Source: Perkinsus chesapeaki ATCC PRA-425 (taxonomy: Eukaryota > Protista > Perkinsozoa). Taken from it: DNA of 39,659 nt. Positions 22,479 to 34,170 of this stretch are shown here, piece after piece. The translations under genes and the position numbers were made by a program. Below the pieces are notes generated by a model that searched no databases, had not been told where the DNA came from, and saw only the letters and a program-made list of their open reading frames with translations. The stretch's first letter is position 1, and each line of letters begins with the position of its first letter. The stretch covers positions 1 to 39,659 of the forward strand of contig JAAPAO010000325.1 of assembly GCA_013115145.1 (NCBI GenBank), given 5' to 3'.

Positions 22479-25400
22479 ATGAGTATTATCGTGTGATGGT
22501 GAAGCTGTTATTGAACTTCTTAGGTACCAGAATATCCACGGGTTGATAGAAACGACGGTATTAAACGATGTTATGTTACCGAAATTGAAATAAATAATTT
22601 CAAGTCATATCATGGGGAACATATGTAGGAAGTAGTATATTATAATATTATATAACCTTTAGAGTACCACTAACAGTACCAGTTAATCCAACAACACAAA
22701 GTGGAGAAGAGCTACCAGTTGATAGTACAGCTGAGGAGGAGGAGGATAGGGTACCATTGGTGCTTACGGGTGTTATTGGTCCTAATGGAAGCGGGAAGAG
22801 TACTATAGAAGTTAGTAGATGATAGGGCTGGACCTAAGTTTAGGTAACCTTCTTGATGCTGTATGCTTTTGTTTATGTGTTGGAGCTAAAAGGCTTAGAA
22901 ATGATAGATTAAAGAGTTTGGTGAATAGTAATCATGTTATGGAATCTGAAGGGGGTAGATGTACAGCGACAGCATCATTAACAGTTAGAATAGAGGAGGA
23001 GCAGGAGAACGATACAGGAAGGTAGGGAGAGTGTTATACCATTAAACGGTAATGTTACTATCAGGATACATACAGTTGATACTACCTTTACTAGATGTGT
23101 TACTACTAATGCTCAACAACATCAACAACACAATAATGAAGATGATGATGGTGGGGTGGTAAGAGGTTCATCATCCTCAACTTACAGAGTTAATGGTAGA
23201 GTATGTACCCAGGGGGAATATAAAGAGGAATTATTAAGGTAAAAGGAGTAGTATTGAAACAGTACTGTTATTATCGGTATTAGGCATCACCTCGATGCTG
23301 ATGCGCCGTTCTTTCTGGTACTACAAGGTCAAATAGATAAGCTACTCTCTAAAGATGATGTAATAAAATGATATAATGTGTTCTTATTATATATAGTATT
23401 TCTATTTTATAGGCTATGTCTATTACTAAAGCAATTGAGTCAGCATCTGGCTCATGGAGATATAAGAAGGATTATGATATAGTATCAAGAAAGAAGTATA
23501 ATGCAGAGGAGAATGTTAATAGATTAATAGGGAAGAGGAAACAGGGTAGGCTGCGGGCTTGGGACTGATCCCTCACTTTAAGAAATAATAGTACACCAGA
23601 GTTTAGCGGGGTAAGTTATACAGTATGATGATGTTGTTGTTAGTTAATCAAGAATTACAAGCACTTACTGCACAAGTACAGGAAGCTGATAGATATAAAG
23701 AAAAGAAGGCTGAATTAGATAAGAAGCAAATTGATAAAATAACATATAGTTTATATGAGATAGAAAAGGTGATACTATAAATAAAGGGGGTGTCGTTATA
23801 GTAGTGTAAAATGTTAGGAAGTTGATGGGTTACTAGAGTCTAGTGAGGGACTATTAGAGGATTATGAAGATGTAAAAGCATCTGTACAGGAGGCTAAGAT
23901 ACGACAGGCGAATGCGGGCAGTGAAAGAAAGAAGATTAATCAGGAATATCAAAGACTGGAGAAAAAGTAAACCGTTCTGTTGTTGTTGTTGTTGTTGGTG
24001 GTGGTGGTTGGAGATGTTGATAGGTTGGATAAAGTACGGAGGAAGAAGGATGAAGTGGAGATTACATTAGCGGAGACCCGAGGGAAGAGGAAAGAACTGG
24101 TAGGTGGTTGTAATAATGATATTGAACAAGACATAGTAGGTTAATAGTGAGGAGAAGGTAAATAGGAATATTGATATTAGTCGGGGTAAAGTGGAGGCAT
24201 TAGAGAATACAATAAATGGTATAGTTATTAAAGTGGGCGAGGTAGGAGTAGTAGTAGGTATCATTGGTACTAAATTGAATTATATTAATATAGCTTGATG
24301 AAGCCATGGAGGAGGTTAATACGCGACGTAGTAATGTGGATAATGATATCGGAGGAGGAGGGATATTGACGGATGATATCATACAAGAATGTCAAGTTGT
24401 GAATGAGAAGGCTGAAGAGGTTGCTGGTAGGTTGGGGTGGTGGTGATTGGTGATGAGGGGATTGGTTATTGTTCAGCATCTATTGAAAGCTCCTTGAAAG
24501 TATGTAAAGAACAGAAGGCTTTACTTAGCCAATCGATTAAGGATGGTAAAGCTAATATAAGGCGATTGGAGGAGGCTAAGGGTGTTAGACAACAAGAGTT
24601 AGAGGATGTGGAGGATAAACTTAATAACCTACAAGAGCAACTACATGATAGAGAGGGCAATCTGGCGGAGGAAAGGAGACAGTATAAGGAAAGGACCGAT
24701 GCAAGAGCGATTGTGGTGGGTGAAATCGAGGAGGCTAAAAGTGAACGGAGAAAGGTTGCGGAGGAGTTATCATCAATGAGGGCTGCTAATAGGGAATATG
24801 ATAGAGCAGCTAAACTAAGGGGAAATGTATTAAGTGATGGTTATGTATGGAATAAATTGTAGTTTAGGTTGAGCAGCTTATAAAGGAGACCTCCGCTAGG
24901 CGGCATGATATATCTACTCATCGATCGTTGAATGATGGTGGTATGAGAGATGGTATGATTATTGGTTTAGTATCAGATTTGGTACAGCCATCGAATAAGA
25001 AATATACATCAGCTATAAAGGCAGCTATTGGCAGACAACATTTAGAGGCAGTAGTAGTTGGTAATAAAGATGATGCTATAAGATGTATTAAATGGTTAAA
25101 GGATAAGAGGATACCACCAATGACATTCTTACCTATACAAGTGAGTAGTAATATTAACTACATTATACACAATAATATCTATTTTTACTATGAGTTGCTA
25201 AGGCGTTGTTTTGCGCTTCTATTATTCTCATTGAGGGAATAATAATTTTATTACTATTATCATGTCTAAGTTCATTTCATCAGGATATGGAGTTACCAGG
25301 ATTGTTATTAAGTAAGGATGACATACCGGCTAATTCAGGATTACATCGGGCATTGGATTGTGTTAAGGCTGTTAATCAAAGTCATGTAATAAACTAATGT

Positions 25401-28226
25401 CAATACTATTCATTAGTAGTAGTATAGATACCAACCCATCTTGATGTATCATATATATCTAATAATACAGTTATACAACTTATACAGAAAGTACATGATT
25501 GGTTATTAGGAAAGACAGTAGTAGCAGATACCTTATCACAGGTAGTAAAAGGTGCTATCATTCAAAAGCTATGTCTGTATCCTACCAGGCTAGATCTGTA
25601 CTATATCGTAGTGGTAGGAGAAAGTCTCCTGTTATGTTATCGGGTATTAAAGCTGTTACATTAGATGGTGATAAGATAGCTAAGAATGGTAATATGAGTA
25701 ATGGTAGTCAGGGAGGAGTGGGGCGGGGGCGGGATGGAGATATATGGGATGCGCAAAGAGAAGTAGGAGGCAGCGGTAGATCAGCTCTTTTATGTTGATA
25801 TATAACAACTCATAGGTTGCTATGCTAGAAGGGAATGTAAAGCAAAAGGATAATGATATTATACTACTTGAAAGGAGACTTGAGGAGTTTAGAGACATAA
25901 TAGAAAGAGGAGGAGGAGGGGATGATGTCAATGAGGGAGTGGATCCTGAAACGGAGGTAGTACGGTAGTTGGATAATATTGGTAGTCTTATTAGATGCTT
26001 AAATCGGATATAGGATGTTTAAAGGAGGAAAAGGAGGCTATTGAGAAAGAGTAAGGTTAGAAGGGTTAATGATGATGTGGTATACTTGTATGATGATCGT
26101 AGGATCAATCGTATAATAGATATGATAGAAGCTGGTCGTAAGAACTTGGATGAAATAGAAATACAACATGACGAGGCTACCAATCGTATAAAGGAGTTGG
26201 AAGTAGAGCTTAGTGATAGGACTAGAAGCTTCTTTGAGGATATTAATAAAAGAATATTCGGTGATAACAATGATGTTAATGAGAAGGATGTGGTAGGTTT
26301 GGCATTCATTCGGTGAGATATGTAATTGTGTTTAACAGATGTCATTAATAAGGCAACGTAATGAGACAATGGATAAGATAGAGAGGGATGAACGTTTACT
26401 TAAACAACAAAAGGCTGTGATTGATGGAGAGCGACAGGCCTTATTTGGAGATGTACACTTGTTATTAATTGTTGTTGTTATTCTTGGTTTTATTCAGCTC
26501 GAACGTTTGAAGGAGACTTTGAGTGGATATGAATCACATATTGAGAAGATACAAGAAGCTATTGGAGAGCTGAACAATAAAGAGCAGAAGTTGATGTCTG
26601 AGATAGCTGAAGGAGAGACGATAGAGGAGCTTGAAGAGGCTGTAGCTCAGGCAGCTGCAAAGAAGGAAACATCAACAAGAGAATGTACAGCAACGTCATA
26701 GATAAACAGTGGTAAACAGTGTATAGGTGATGAGGCTAATAATGTGTTAAAGGAAAGGCTTGATCGATGTAATGCAACAAAGACTGCAGTTTCTAAGGAA
26801 GAGCATAGATTACAGCAACTGCGGTATCATCATATGCAACTAGTAGTGTGCTGATATTGCTGACACATTGTGCTGATCAATATACTCATCCATTTTAGGT
26901 GAGGTCACTTTTATCGAGGCAAAGAGAACAACAAGATATATTGAACACACAAGATGAAGAGCTACAAAGGCTACCGTTCGAGAATGCCGAGGATGCCCTT
27001 CCTGACCTCAAAAGAATCTTATTTGAAGAGGATGATACAGATGAAGGCACACAAGATACTTTGGATAAATATGATGCTCTGGAATTGAGGGTTGATGAAG
27101 GACTTATTGGAAGGATATTATCGGAGAGTTCATCTAGGAGGGGTACACGAGCAGGAGCGAAGGAAGTTATTGCTATACTGGATGTTGAAATAGAAAGACT
27201 ACAGGAATCACTAAGCCATTTAAAGCCTAACCTCAGAGCATATCAGCGACATGAGGAGATGAAATTGGTAACGATGTACTTATACGTGACTGGTCAACAG
27301 AGTTTTACAATGTAGGTTTTGAATGATGTTATTCGTAGGATAGAGAGTGCCAAGTTGGAGGCAACTGAGATTGGACAACATTTTGAAGCATTAAAGAATG
27401 CTAGAAAGGCCAGGTATGTATGTGTAGCTATCGACGAGGTATATGTATCATAGATTCAATGAATGTTATCATTTCGTGCGAGAGTCTGTCATGTCCTACT
27501 ATCGAGAGTTAACCTTACGAAATGCTGATGGTGGTGGCTCACAAATATCTGATGATGGACCATTTACTCCTGATGCAGCAGCAGGAGGTGGTAGACGACG
27601 ACGGAGAGAAGGACAAGAGAGTCATGAAACAAGTGGATCTGTGTATTTAGATGCTGAGAATGTGGATGAACCGTGAGAATAATAATAACAACAGAATCGT
27701 GTTCTCTGAAAGGGATCATCTCTTAGGTATCTTGGTGTTATACAATTCTCTGCTCATCCAGAGAGTGATCGATTTGTTGATAGCAATTTACTATCCGGTG
27801 GAGAGAAGACCATAGCTGCAACAGCTCTCTTGTTCGCCCTGTTCGCCTGGCAGAGGCCAGCACTTGTACGTATTTAAGTGCCGTTGCAAGCTTATATTTC
27901 GATGCTCAGTAGAATGTACCACACTTCCTGGTTTAGGTACTACTCGATGAAATTGATGCCGCCTTGGATCGGCGTAATTTGGCCACATTGTGTAGATTCG
28001 TTCAAAGACGAACTTCCCGATCTGGTACGGTAACTAACTTGCTCCAGGTGAGCTCAACGCTAGTACCTTCGCAGTAACGTTGTACCCAATATCTCTAATA
28101 CTATTTTAGATCCTTCTAGTTAGTTTAAAAGAGAGCTTCTATAGTACAACACAAGCCCTCATTGGAGTTTATAAGGATCCCACTGCGGACGCATCTCATC
28201 TGCTATCCTTGGACTTACGACCGTAA
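22479..28226 (+). CDS. SMC1: Structural maintenance of chromosomes protein 1 (cohesin), multi-exon
   Basis: EIEINNFKSY; Walker A GPNGSGKS; Q-loop FLVLQGQI; hinge KKYTSAIKAAIG...CIKWLKDKRIPPMTFLP; signature LSGGEKTIAATALLFA; Walker B VLLDEIDAALD; C-terminus SLDLRP*. The start codon is inferred through a short first intron. Confidence 0.95.
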
Positions 28227-29769
28227 TCAATAACGAAGAGATGTGCCTCCTGGTATTTGTAGTAAGTCTTTAGATACAAAGAAGGAAACCCGATCGATAA
28301 GCCACAGTCGGAACAAAGTTTTGCATCCAGCATTGTCGGAGCATTCGGTGGCTAGAGGAGACCGCATTGGAATTCAATTAATTAAGCAAGTTTCCTGGGC
28401 AGCTACTTCGGCACTTGTGTAACACAAGTTCGCCTATTGGGGGCACACGTTGTACATCTGAACTGGCCAAGTCTATACTATACACGGCAAACACATCCTG
28501 CTCTTACCGACTGATAACGCGCAATGTTGTACTTCGAAACCGGCGAACATGAGGGGATGCTAAGTAGTTTTAGATGAGCTTGGAATTTAAAGATAAACTC
28601 AGAGATTGAACTTATAGATGAGCTTCAAGACTATTGGCCTATTTGACGGTTCCGGTAAAATTATCACCTAGGTCATACGATTTTACAGAGCATCAGACAG
28701 AATCAGCAAGTTCCTCACCAAGAGGCTGGACTAAGGCTCTTGGAGCATGAGGCGGGCCATGCCTCTGCTCAACAGGTGCAACAAGGGCTTTATCATGCCC
28801 ATCTGCAGCTCCCTGTTGTCCTGACCAGACTGAAGTCAACCAAACAGACAAAGATGCAGTTAAGAGATTAGTCAATATGCATAAAGGCTCACAGGTCGTG
28901 AGTCACAACCGTAATATATTATAATACGCATAATTTTGATGTGCCATACAGTACAATGCAGTATACATGTGGCGAATCCCTGTTGGACTCAACGATCATC
29001 GTATTAAGAACACCTGATTCAGGCTCCACGTTTGGATCTCAATGGAGTTCCTCTGAATATCGGAGAGAAGTCCTCTGAACTTACCAACAAAATCGTGCCT
29101 TATATAGGTCGATTCTTCAGAGTGTTAGTATATGTATAAATAACGGTGGTGGACCATCGAAATCTACAGAAGCTCCTTCAAAGAAGAATGAACCGAGAGC
29201 TTCGTATGACCTTGTCTAGCGTTCGAGAGGATATTATTAGATGATACCACTTCCACAGATAACAACATTCACTTATGAGCTATCCTTGAAAATGTATACT
29301 GTATGAAGAACTATTAGACGTATACAAAACATCAGTGGATACATTAGACAACGAAGTTGCAATTCCTTGCAACTTTCAGGTTTTCCAAACCAGCTTCCTT
29401 GGATTGCCACAGATCTGAATAATGATGCGTCTTATACCAATCCATAAAGGCTATAGTCAGTATTTTACAGATATCTATACTATCTATACCTAAGGACTAA
29501 TCATAATAATGACTCATAACTAACGATCAACGGAACCAATCAAACTTGGTGAGGACTTTGCCGATAAAGCTTTGCGCTCTGTCCAACAACGTCAGACTCG
29601 ATTGTTGACCCGTCAAGGTTTGACCGATGCGTACCCATAATTGACAACACTTCACTGTTAGAGCATAGATGTTAAATTCCCGACGCTAGTAGCTTGAACT
29701 ACTGCGATTGTATAGAAATATGCTCTGATAAAAAGGATGCTGCAACAAAGGCTTGGTTTTATCTTGGAT

Positions 29770-30373
29770 TCACTTGGCATACCAAACGCAGTCAATGGTG
29801 AGGCTCCCATCAAGAACGCAACGCATGCCTATTGGACACTTCTTGAAATACTGAAAAATGACATGCTTTCGAAATGATTACACTATGGAAAATCCTACCG
29901 CACAGCCTAAACGACAGAGACCATCGTTACCACAATATTGGTTGGCATTCCCATTGGGCGGGCCCGGACAATCAGAATTGCGTGAACATGCTTCACTGCA
30001 GAAGCATACGAGTGTATCGTATCCTACCACGTCCAATACTGGATACCAGCCGGGCTGACAACTACAACCGCTTCCGTCACAGTGACCAACTGGCTCCGCA
30101 TAAGGAACTGATTAAGAAAACTGGCTTACATAAATTCGCTGAATACAGGATACTTGCGATTTTCAGAGGCAGTTCTCCATACCTGTGGGCGGCTGGGTCA
30201 TGGTGGTCATATTGGTACCTCCGGGCCCCTCTTCGGAGTTCATCCTGATCGAGAAGATACTTCAAGTCCATCAAAGAGGCATACTACTTTTGCATACTAC
30301 TTATTTCCTCTAAACTACTGCCGAAGCTTCCTAGAATGCTGATGATGAGAATGATTCTCATAGTATACGTCAT
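29770..30373 (-). CDS. Secreted cysteine-rich protein, copy A (5 exons including a probable 9-nt micro-exon)
   Basis: MTYTMRIILIISILGSFGSSL...MNSEEGPGGTNMTTMTQPPTANLFGHCDGSGCSCQPGWYPVLDVVGYDTLVCFCSEACSRNSDCPGPPNGNANQYCGNDGLCRLGCAYFKKCPIGMRCVLDGSLTIDCVWYAK*. All introns are GT-AG. Confidence 0.88.
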
Positions 30374-30433
30374 ACTACTATAGCAGCCGACATGAATGTA
30401 TACGACCGAGCAAGATAATTAGATAATAGTTAA

Positions 30434-30820
30434 TTATCGTCTATTACTGGCAGTCAGTTCCTGACTAGAACGAGGCAAATGGTCACAAGGTTGCACACTG
30501 CCGCTTACACAGCAGGTGCCTGAATAACAGCGTGATGCTGCAATGACAATCCAAGATTGGAGATGCTTAATTTGGATTAACTTGCAAGTGAGTACACGGA
30601 AAGAATGCAGAAGGGGCTTTAGCTCACCGATCGCCTTTGTGACTTCGGAGATGTCACAGACTGAAGCGTGCACATCGTGCAGCACATTTAGTGGTGGCGT
30701 TGTCGTGGGTCCAGAGTGCCTACAAACTTACCAGGTCAGTTATAAACAATAAAGCCTGCAAGTTTACCCAGCATGGTGATCTTCGAACATCGGTCCTGGG
30801 TGAAGTCAATGAAAGAGTTT
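30434..30820 (-). pseudogene. Possible degenerate spliced gene upstream of the Cys-rich gene; paralog at about 32670-33075 has a stop and a frameshift
   Basis: A GTRAG donor and AG acceptors are shared by both duplicate units. Copy A exon reads SRCYSGTCCVSGSVQPC. No start codon was resolved. Confidence 0.3.
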
Positions 30821-30835
30821 GCACCTGGTGACACA

Positions 30836-30857
30836 GTATTGAGTCAATACTATTGAC
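30836..30857. mobile_element. Perfect +14 hAT-type excision footprint, target GTATTGAC
   Basis: GTATTGA-G-TCAATA-C-TATTGAC. Confidence 0.85.
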
Positions 30858-31835
30858 TTAATACTATCAAGTGAGTCAGGCCGTGACTGTTGCGGCTAGA
30901 GCACCTGATGCCAAGGTGGGGTTCCCAGCAGTTGGGCCAAAACTTGACCGCTAGTCACGAATCAACTTAACAACAATAAGACATACGAAAACGCGTAAGT
31001 GGCCTTCTACCAGCGAGTTCCAGGATTATCGACGCCAAACACTTAATTAACACCCCTCCTATTATTATTCTATAGCGACTCCGGACGCCCAAGGGACAAT
31101 CCTGGCCGGGCGCACATGCTCTTTTCAACGCGGTCGAAAACACTCTTGAGACAGCCCTCACGAACACCTCTGGGAGTATACTGTCTTGCAGATTTCTCTT
31201 TTGGGAAGGCTATTGTCAATAGGCTGTTGAGCTTCAGGTGAGGACCGTTGCATAGCCTGAATCCTATCTTGTCTATATTGGAGTAGTCTCTTTGATCTGG
31301 ATTGGCCATTCTGGGCACCACCGATATTTGCTGTGGAAACGCACCCGCGTGTTGCGTGACAGTCTTCCCCGTTGCTGATACTATCAGAGCCATATTCTCT
31401 GATGATTATTATCGGCGCATCATCGCGTGTTGCTCTCACACGAAGCAACTGCACAAACCGCACCACGGTGCTCAGACCGAGGAACACGTGTTTATCAGTA
31501 GATTATGATCCTGCCCGTGTGAGTGGGTCCCCGAGCTCTGTGGAGTTTGGAAAGCTGCTCTGCGCGCAGAGTGCACTGCTCACAGTTATAAGGTGAGCGA
31601 GACCGAGGAGAATGCGCTCGGTCTTGGTGCCACCAAGTTCTACCAACTTGGTGGTTACGAGAAGGAGGGAAACACATCCGCTAACCCCGTTAAGTAATCC
31701 CAACCAGCTTCAGAGGCTGAGCTTTTCAGGCAGTCCGCAAAGACAACAGGTAGCGAATAGCTACTAGCTATAGATGAGGGTTATAATGAGAGTCATCATG
31801 AAGGTCCTGGTGCACTTGTTCCCATAAATTGCGCA

Positions 31836-31975
31836 CCCATAAATTATGGCTCATAATTGACAACGCATTACTGTCGGAGCAATGCTCCGGGAGCATGGAT
31901 GTCAGAATCTAACAGTTTGATTCCTGACGCTAGTAGCTTGAACTACTGCGATTGTATACTATATACAATGTATAG
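31836..31975. mobile_element. Four consecutive excision footprints (31836, 31875, 31900, 31952)
   Basis: 31875 is perfect: CGGAGCA-A-TGCTCC-G-GGAGCAT. All four are absent from the paralogous segment 29634-29715. Confidence 0.88.
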
Positions 31976-32032
31976 AAATATCCTCTCATAAAAAGGCTTC
32001 CATTGCAACAAAGGCTTGATTTTATCTTGGAT

Positions 32033-32631
32033 TCACTTGCCGTACCAAATGCAGTCAATGGTGAAGCTCCAATCAAGAACGCAGTGCATGCCTATTGGAC
32101 ATGTCTTGAAATGCTGAGAAGTGGCATGCTTTCGGAATGATTACACTTTCGAGAAACTTACTGCACAGCCTAAACGACAGTAACCATCGTTATCACAATA
32201 TTGGTTGGCGTTGCCGTTGGGTGGTCCCGGACAATCAGAATTGCGTGAACATGTTACACTGCAGAAGCATACGAGTGTATCGGACCCTACCACGTCGCAT
32301 ACTGGATACCAGCCGGGCGAACAAAAGCAACCGCTTGTTCTACAGTGACCAACTGGCTCCGCATAAGGAACTGATTAAGAACACTGGCTTACATAAATTC
32401 GCTGAATACAGGATACTTGCGATTTTCAGAGGCAGTTCTCCATACCTGTGGGCGGCTGAGTCATGGTGGTCATATTGGTACCTCCGGGCCCCTCTTCGGA
32501 GTTCATCCTGAAAAAAGATACTTCAAGTCCTTCAGAGAGGCGTACTACTTTCGCGTATGGTTTCCCTCCAAACTAATACCGAAGCTTCCTAGGATGTTGA
32601 TGATGAGAATGAATCTCCAAGTGTACGTCAT
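32033..32631 (-). CDS. Secreted cysteine-rich protein, copy B
   Basis: MTYTWRFILIINILGSFGISL...FGHCRTSGCFCSPGWYPVCDVVGSDTLVCFCSVTCSRNSDCPGPPNGNANQYCDNDGYCRLGCAHFKTCPIGMHCVLDWSFTIDCIWYGK*. Same introns as copy A. Confidence 0.88.
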
Positions 32632-33050
32632 ACTACTATAGCAGCCGACATGAATGTATACGACCGAGAAAGATAATTAGTAATTGCCAGTTACGGTATT
32701 TTTCTGACTAGAGGGAGGCAAAATTTCACTCGTTAGCACAGTGCCACTTGCACCGAAGGTGAATGACAGCGAGATCCTAACATAACAATCGTAGGATGGA
32801 CGTGCCGGAGTTCGAATAAATTGCCATGGACACGCGGATACAGTACAGTGGTGGCTTTAGCTTACCGACCACCCCCGTGACTCAAGTGATGTCACAGACT
32901 AACACGTAGACATTGTGCAATGCAGATCAATGATCTGCATGACATGCAGTGCAGTTGCTGGTGGCATCGTCGTTTGTCCACCCTGCCTACAAGCCTACCA
33001 ACGGTAGACAAAAACCTGCGAGTGTATCAAGCATGGTGATCTTCGACCGC

Positions 33051-33072
33051 CGGTTCTCAGGACCGAGTCCTG
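33051..33072. mobile_element. Aged +14 footprint (2 transitions), target CGGTCCTG
   Basis: CGGTTCT-C-AGGACC-G-AGTCCTG. The empty site CGGTCCTG is at paralogous 30791-30798. Confidence 0.75.
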
Positions 33073-33613
33073 GAGTCCAGTGGTGGTCCACGACCTGGAC
33101 CACCACGCCGATCCAAGATGGAATCAGTAACTCGGTGATACAATAAAAATTGATTCACGTGAATTTCACGCTGAGTGCATATGATTGCTAGCTTTTGACC
33201 GCTAGTGTAGACCCAGCTAGAGAACCTACTACAGTGCGACAGCGCCTGACTCAGTGGATTACTGAGGAACCCTCAGTGAGGGTGTCGAATTAACACTGTT
33301 AATCAAGAGAAAATCCGGCACTCAAGGGGCGCGCCTGATCGAGCGCTGGGGTTCTCTTTAACGCGGTCGAAAGCACCCGAAGAGACAGGTTACAGGAACA
33401 CTCCTGAGAGTATTCTATCTAAAACGATCTTCGGATGCCTCCCTTCGGTGCGCTATTGTCAAACGCCAATTGAGCCTCAGGAGAAATCCGTCACACAGCC
33501 TGATTCACTCGTTGTGTGTCCACATTGTGTCTCTGACATTCGGAATGTCGGGAATGTCCACATTCCCGTCGAGCGTCGTGACCGATAACACTATGATGGT
33601 GTGTCAGTCGAGA

Positions 33614-33635
33614 GTCAAGGGCCTTGACTCAAGGC
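33614..33635. mobile_element. Perfect +14 footprint, target GTCAAGGC
   Basis: GTCAAGG-G-CCTTGA-C-TCAAGGC. Confidence 0.85.
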
Positions 33636-33798
33636 GATCGCGAACAGGATGGTTCGAGATACGAATCGTATCATACGAAGACTATAGTGCGACACGTTAA
33701 CCGACAAAATAGCCATAAACTTGAATGACAAAACTGGGCATGCTCATTCGCCGCATGCTCCTTTGCTAAATACCTTCTGAATTTAGGGCTCAAGGAAG

Positions 33799-33846
33799 GC
33801 TTTCTCACGATGATCGTGAGAAAGCTTTCCTGATCGTGACACGATC
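33799..33846. mobile_element. Long-arm footprint, target TCACGATC
   Basis: GCTTTCTCACGAT-G-ATCGTGAGAAAGC (13-bp arms), followed by GATCGTG-A-CACGATC. Confidence 0.8.
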
Positions 33847-34148
33847 GAGATCCCACAGTTAAGCGCACGCTTCTGACCATCCTGCATGTACGACAATATA
33901 AAGTCATTTTCGAGCAGTCAAAAGGTCATGTTTCACGTGTTGGCCATGCTAAGCCACCAGCGGTGGAGCCCAAGGATCGCGGAGTGCTTGAGCTAGCCAT
34001 ACTAGCTCTTCTTGCAGGCAAAAGCGCGTCTCAGCAATCAGTAGCGGAGAAATCCGCAAGGCGTCATAGATAGCACTATTGCCCCTCCCGAAGGGGCAAT
34101 ATTGCTTACGAAGTAGCTCTAAGCGCTGGTATCTCCTTAGTATCTAGC

Positions 34149-34170
34149 ACTGTGAGTCACAGTCTGTGAC
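34149..34170. mobile_element. Perfect +14 footprint, target ACTGTGAC
   Basis: ACTGTGA-G-TCACAG-T-CTGTGAC. Confidence 0.85.

Larger units (their letters stand above)
29628..33510. repeat. Tandem segmental duplication: unit A about 29628-31270, unit B about 31830-33510
   Basis: Colinear homology at an offset of about 2.2 kb, covering the Cys-rich gene, its 3' flank and upstream segments. Confidence 0.9.

Noticed and set aside
28690-28870. HEAGH metalloprotease-like motif and a GC3-rich frame
   Set aside because: Short and isolated, with no start, no splice context and no other protease motifs. The alternative frame has stops.
29874-30248. 124-aa plus-strand ORF and its twin at 32137-32511
   Set aside because: These are antisense shadows of the spliced minus-strand Cys-rich genes. 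Their similarity comes from the duplication.
31520-31697. Coding-like stretch (ETEENALGLGATKFYQLGGY), vaguely ADH- or rhodanese-like
   Set aside because: No supporting exons, and part of it is built from a palindromic scar (31623-31654).
34072-34125. Helitron 3' end (hairpin plus CTRR)
   Set aside because: The CTRR spacing is unconvincing, and no 5' TC end or RepHel fragment was seen.
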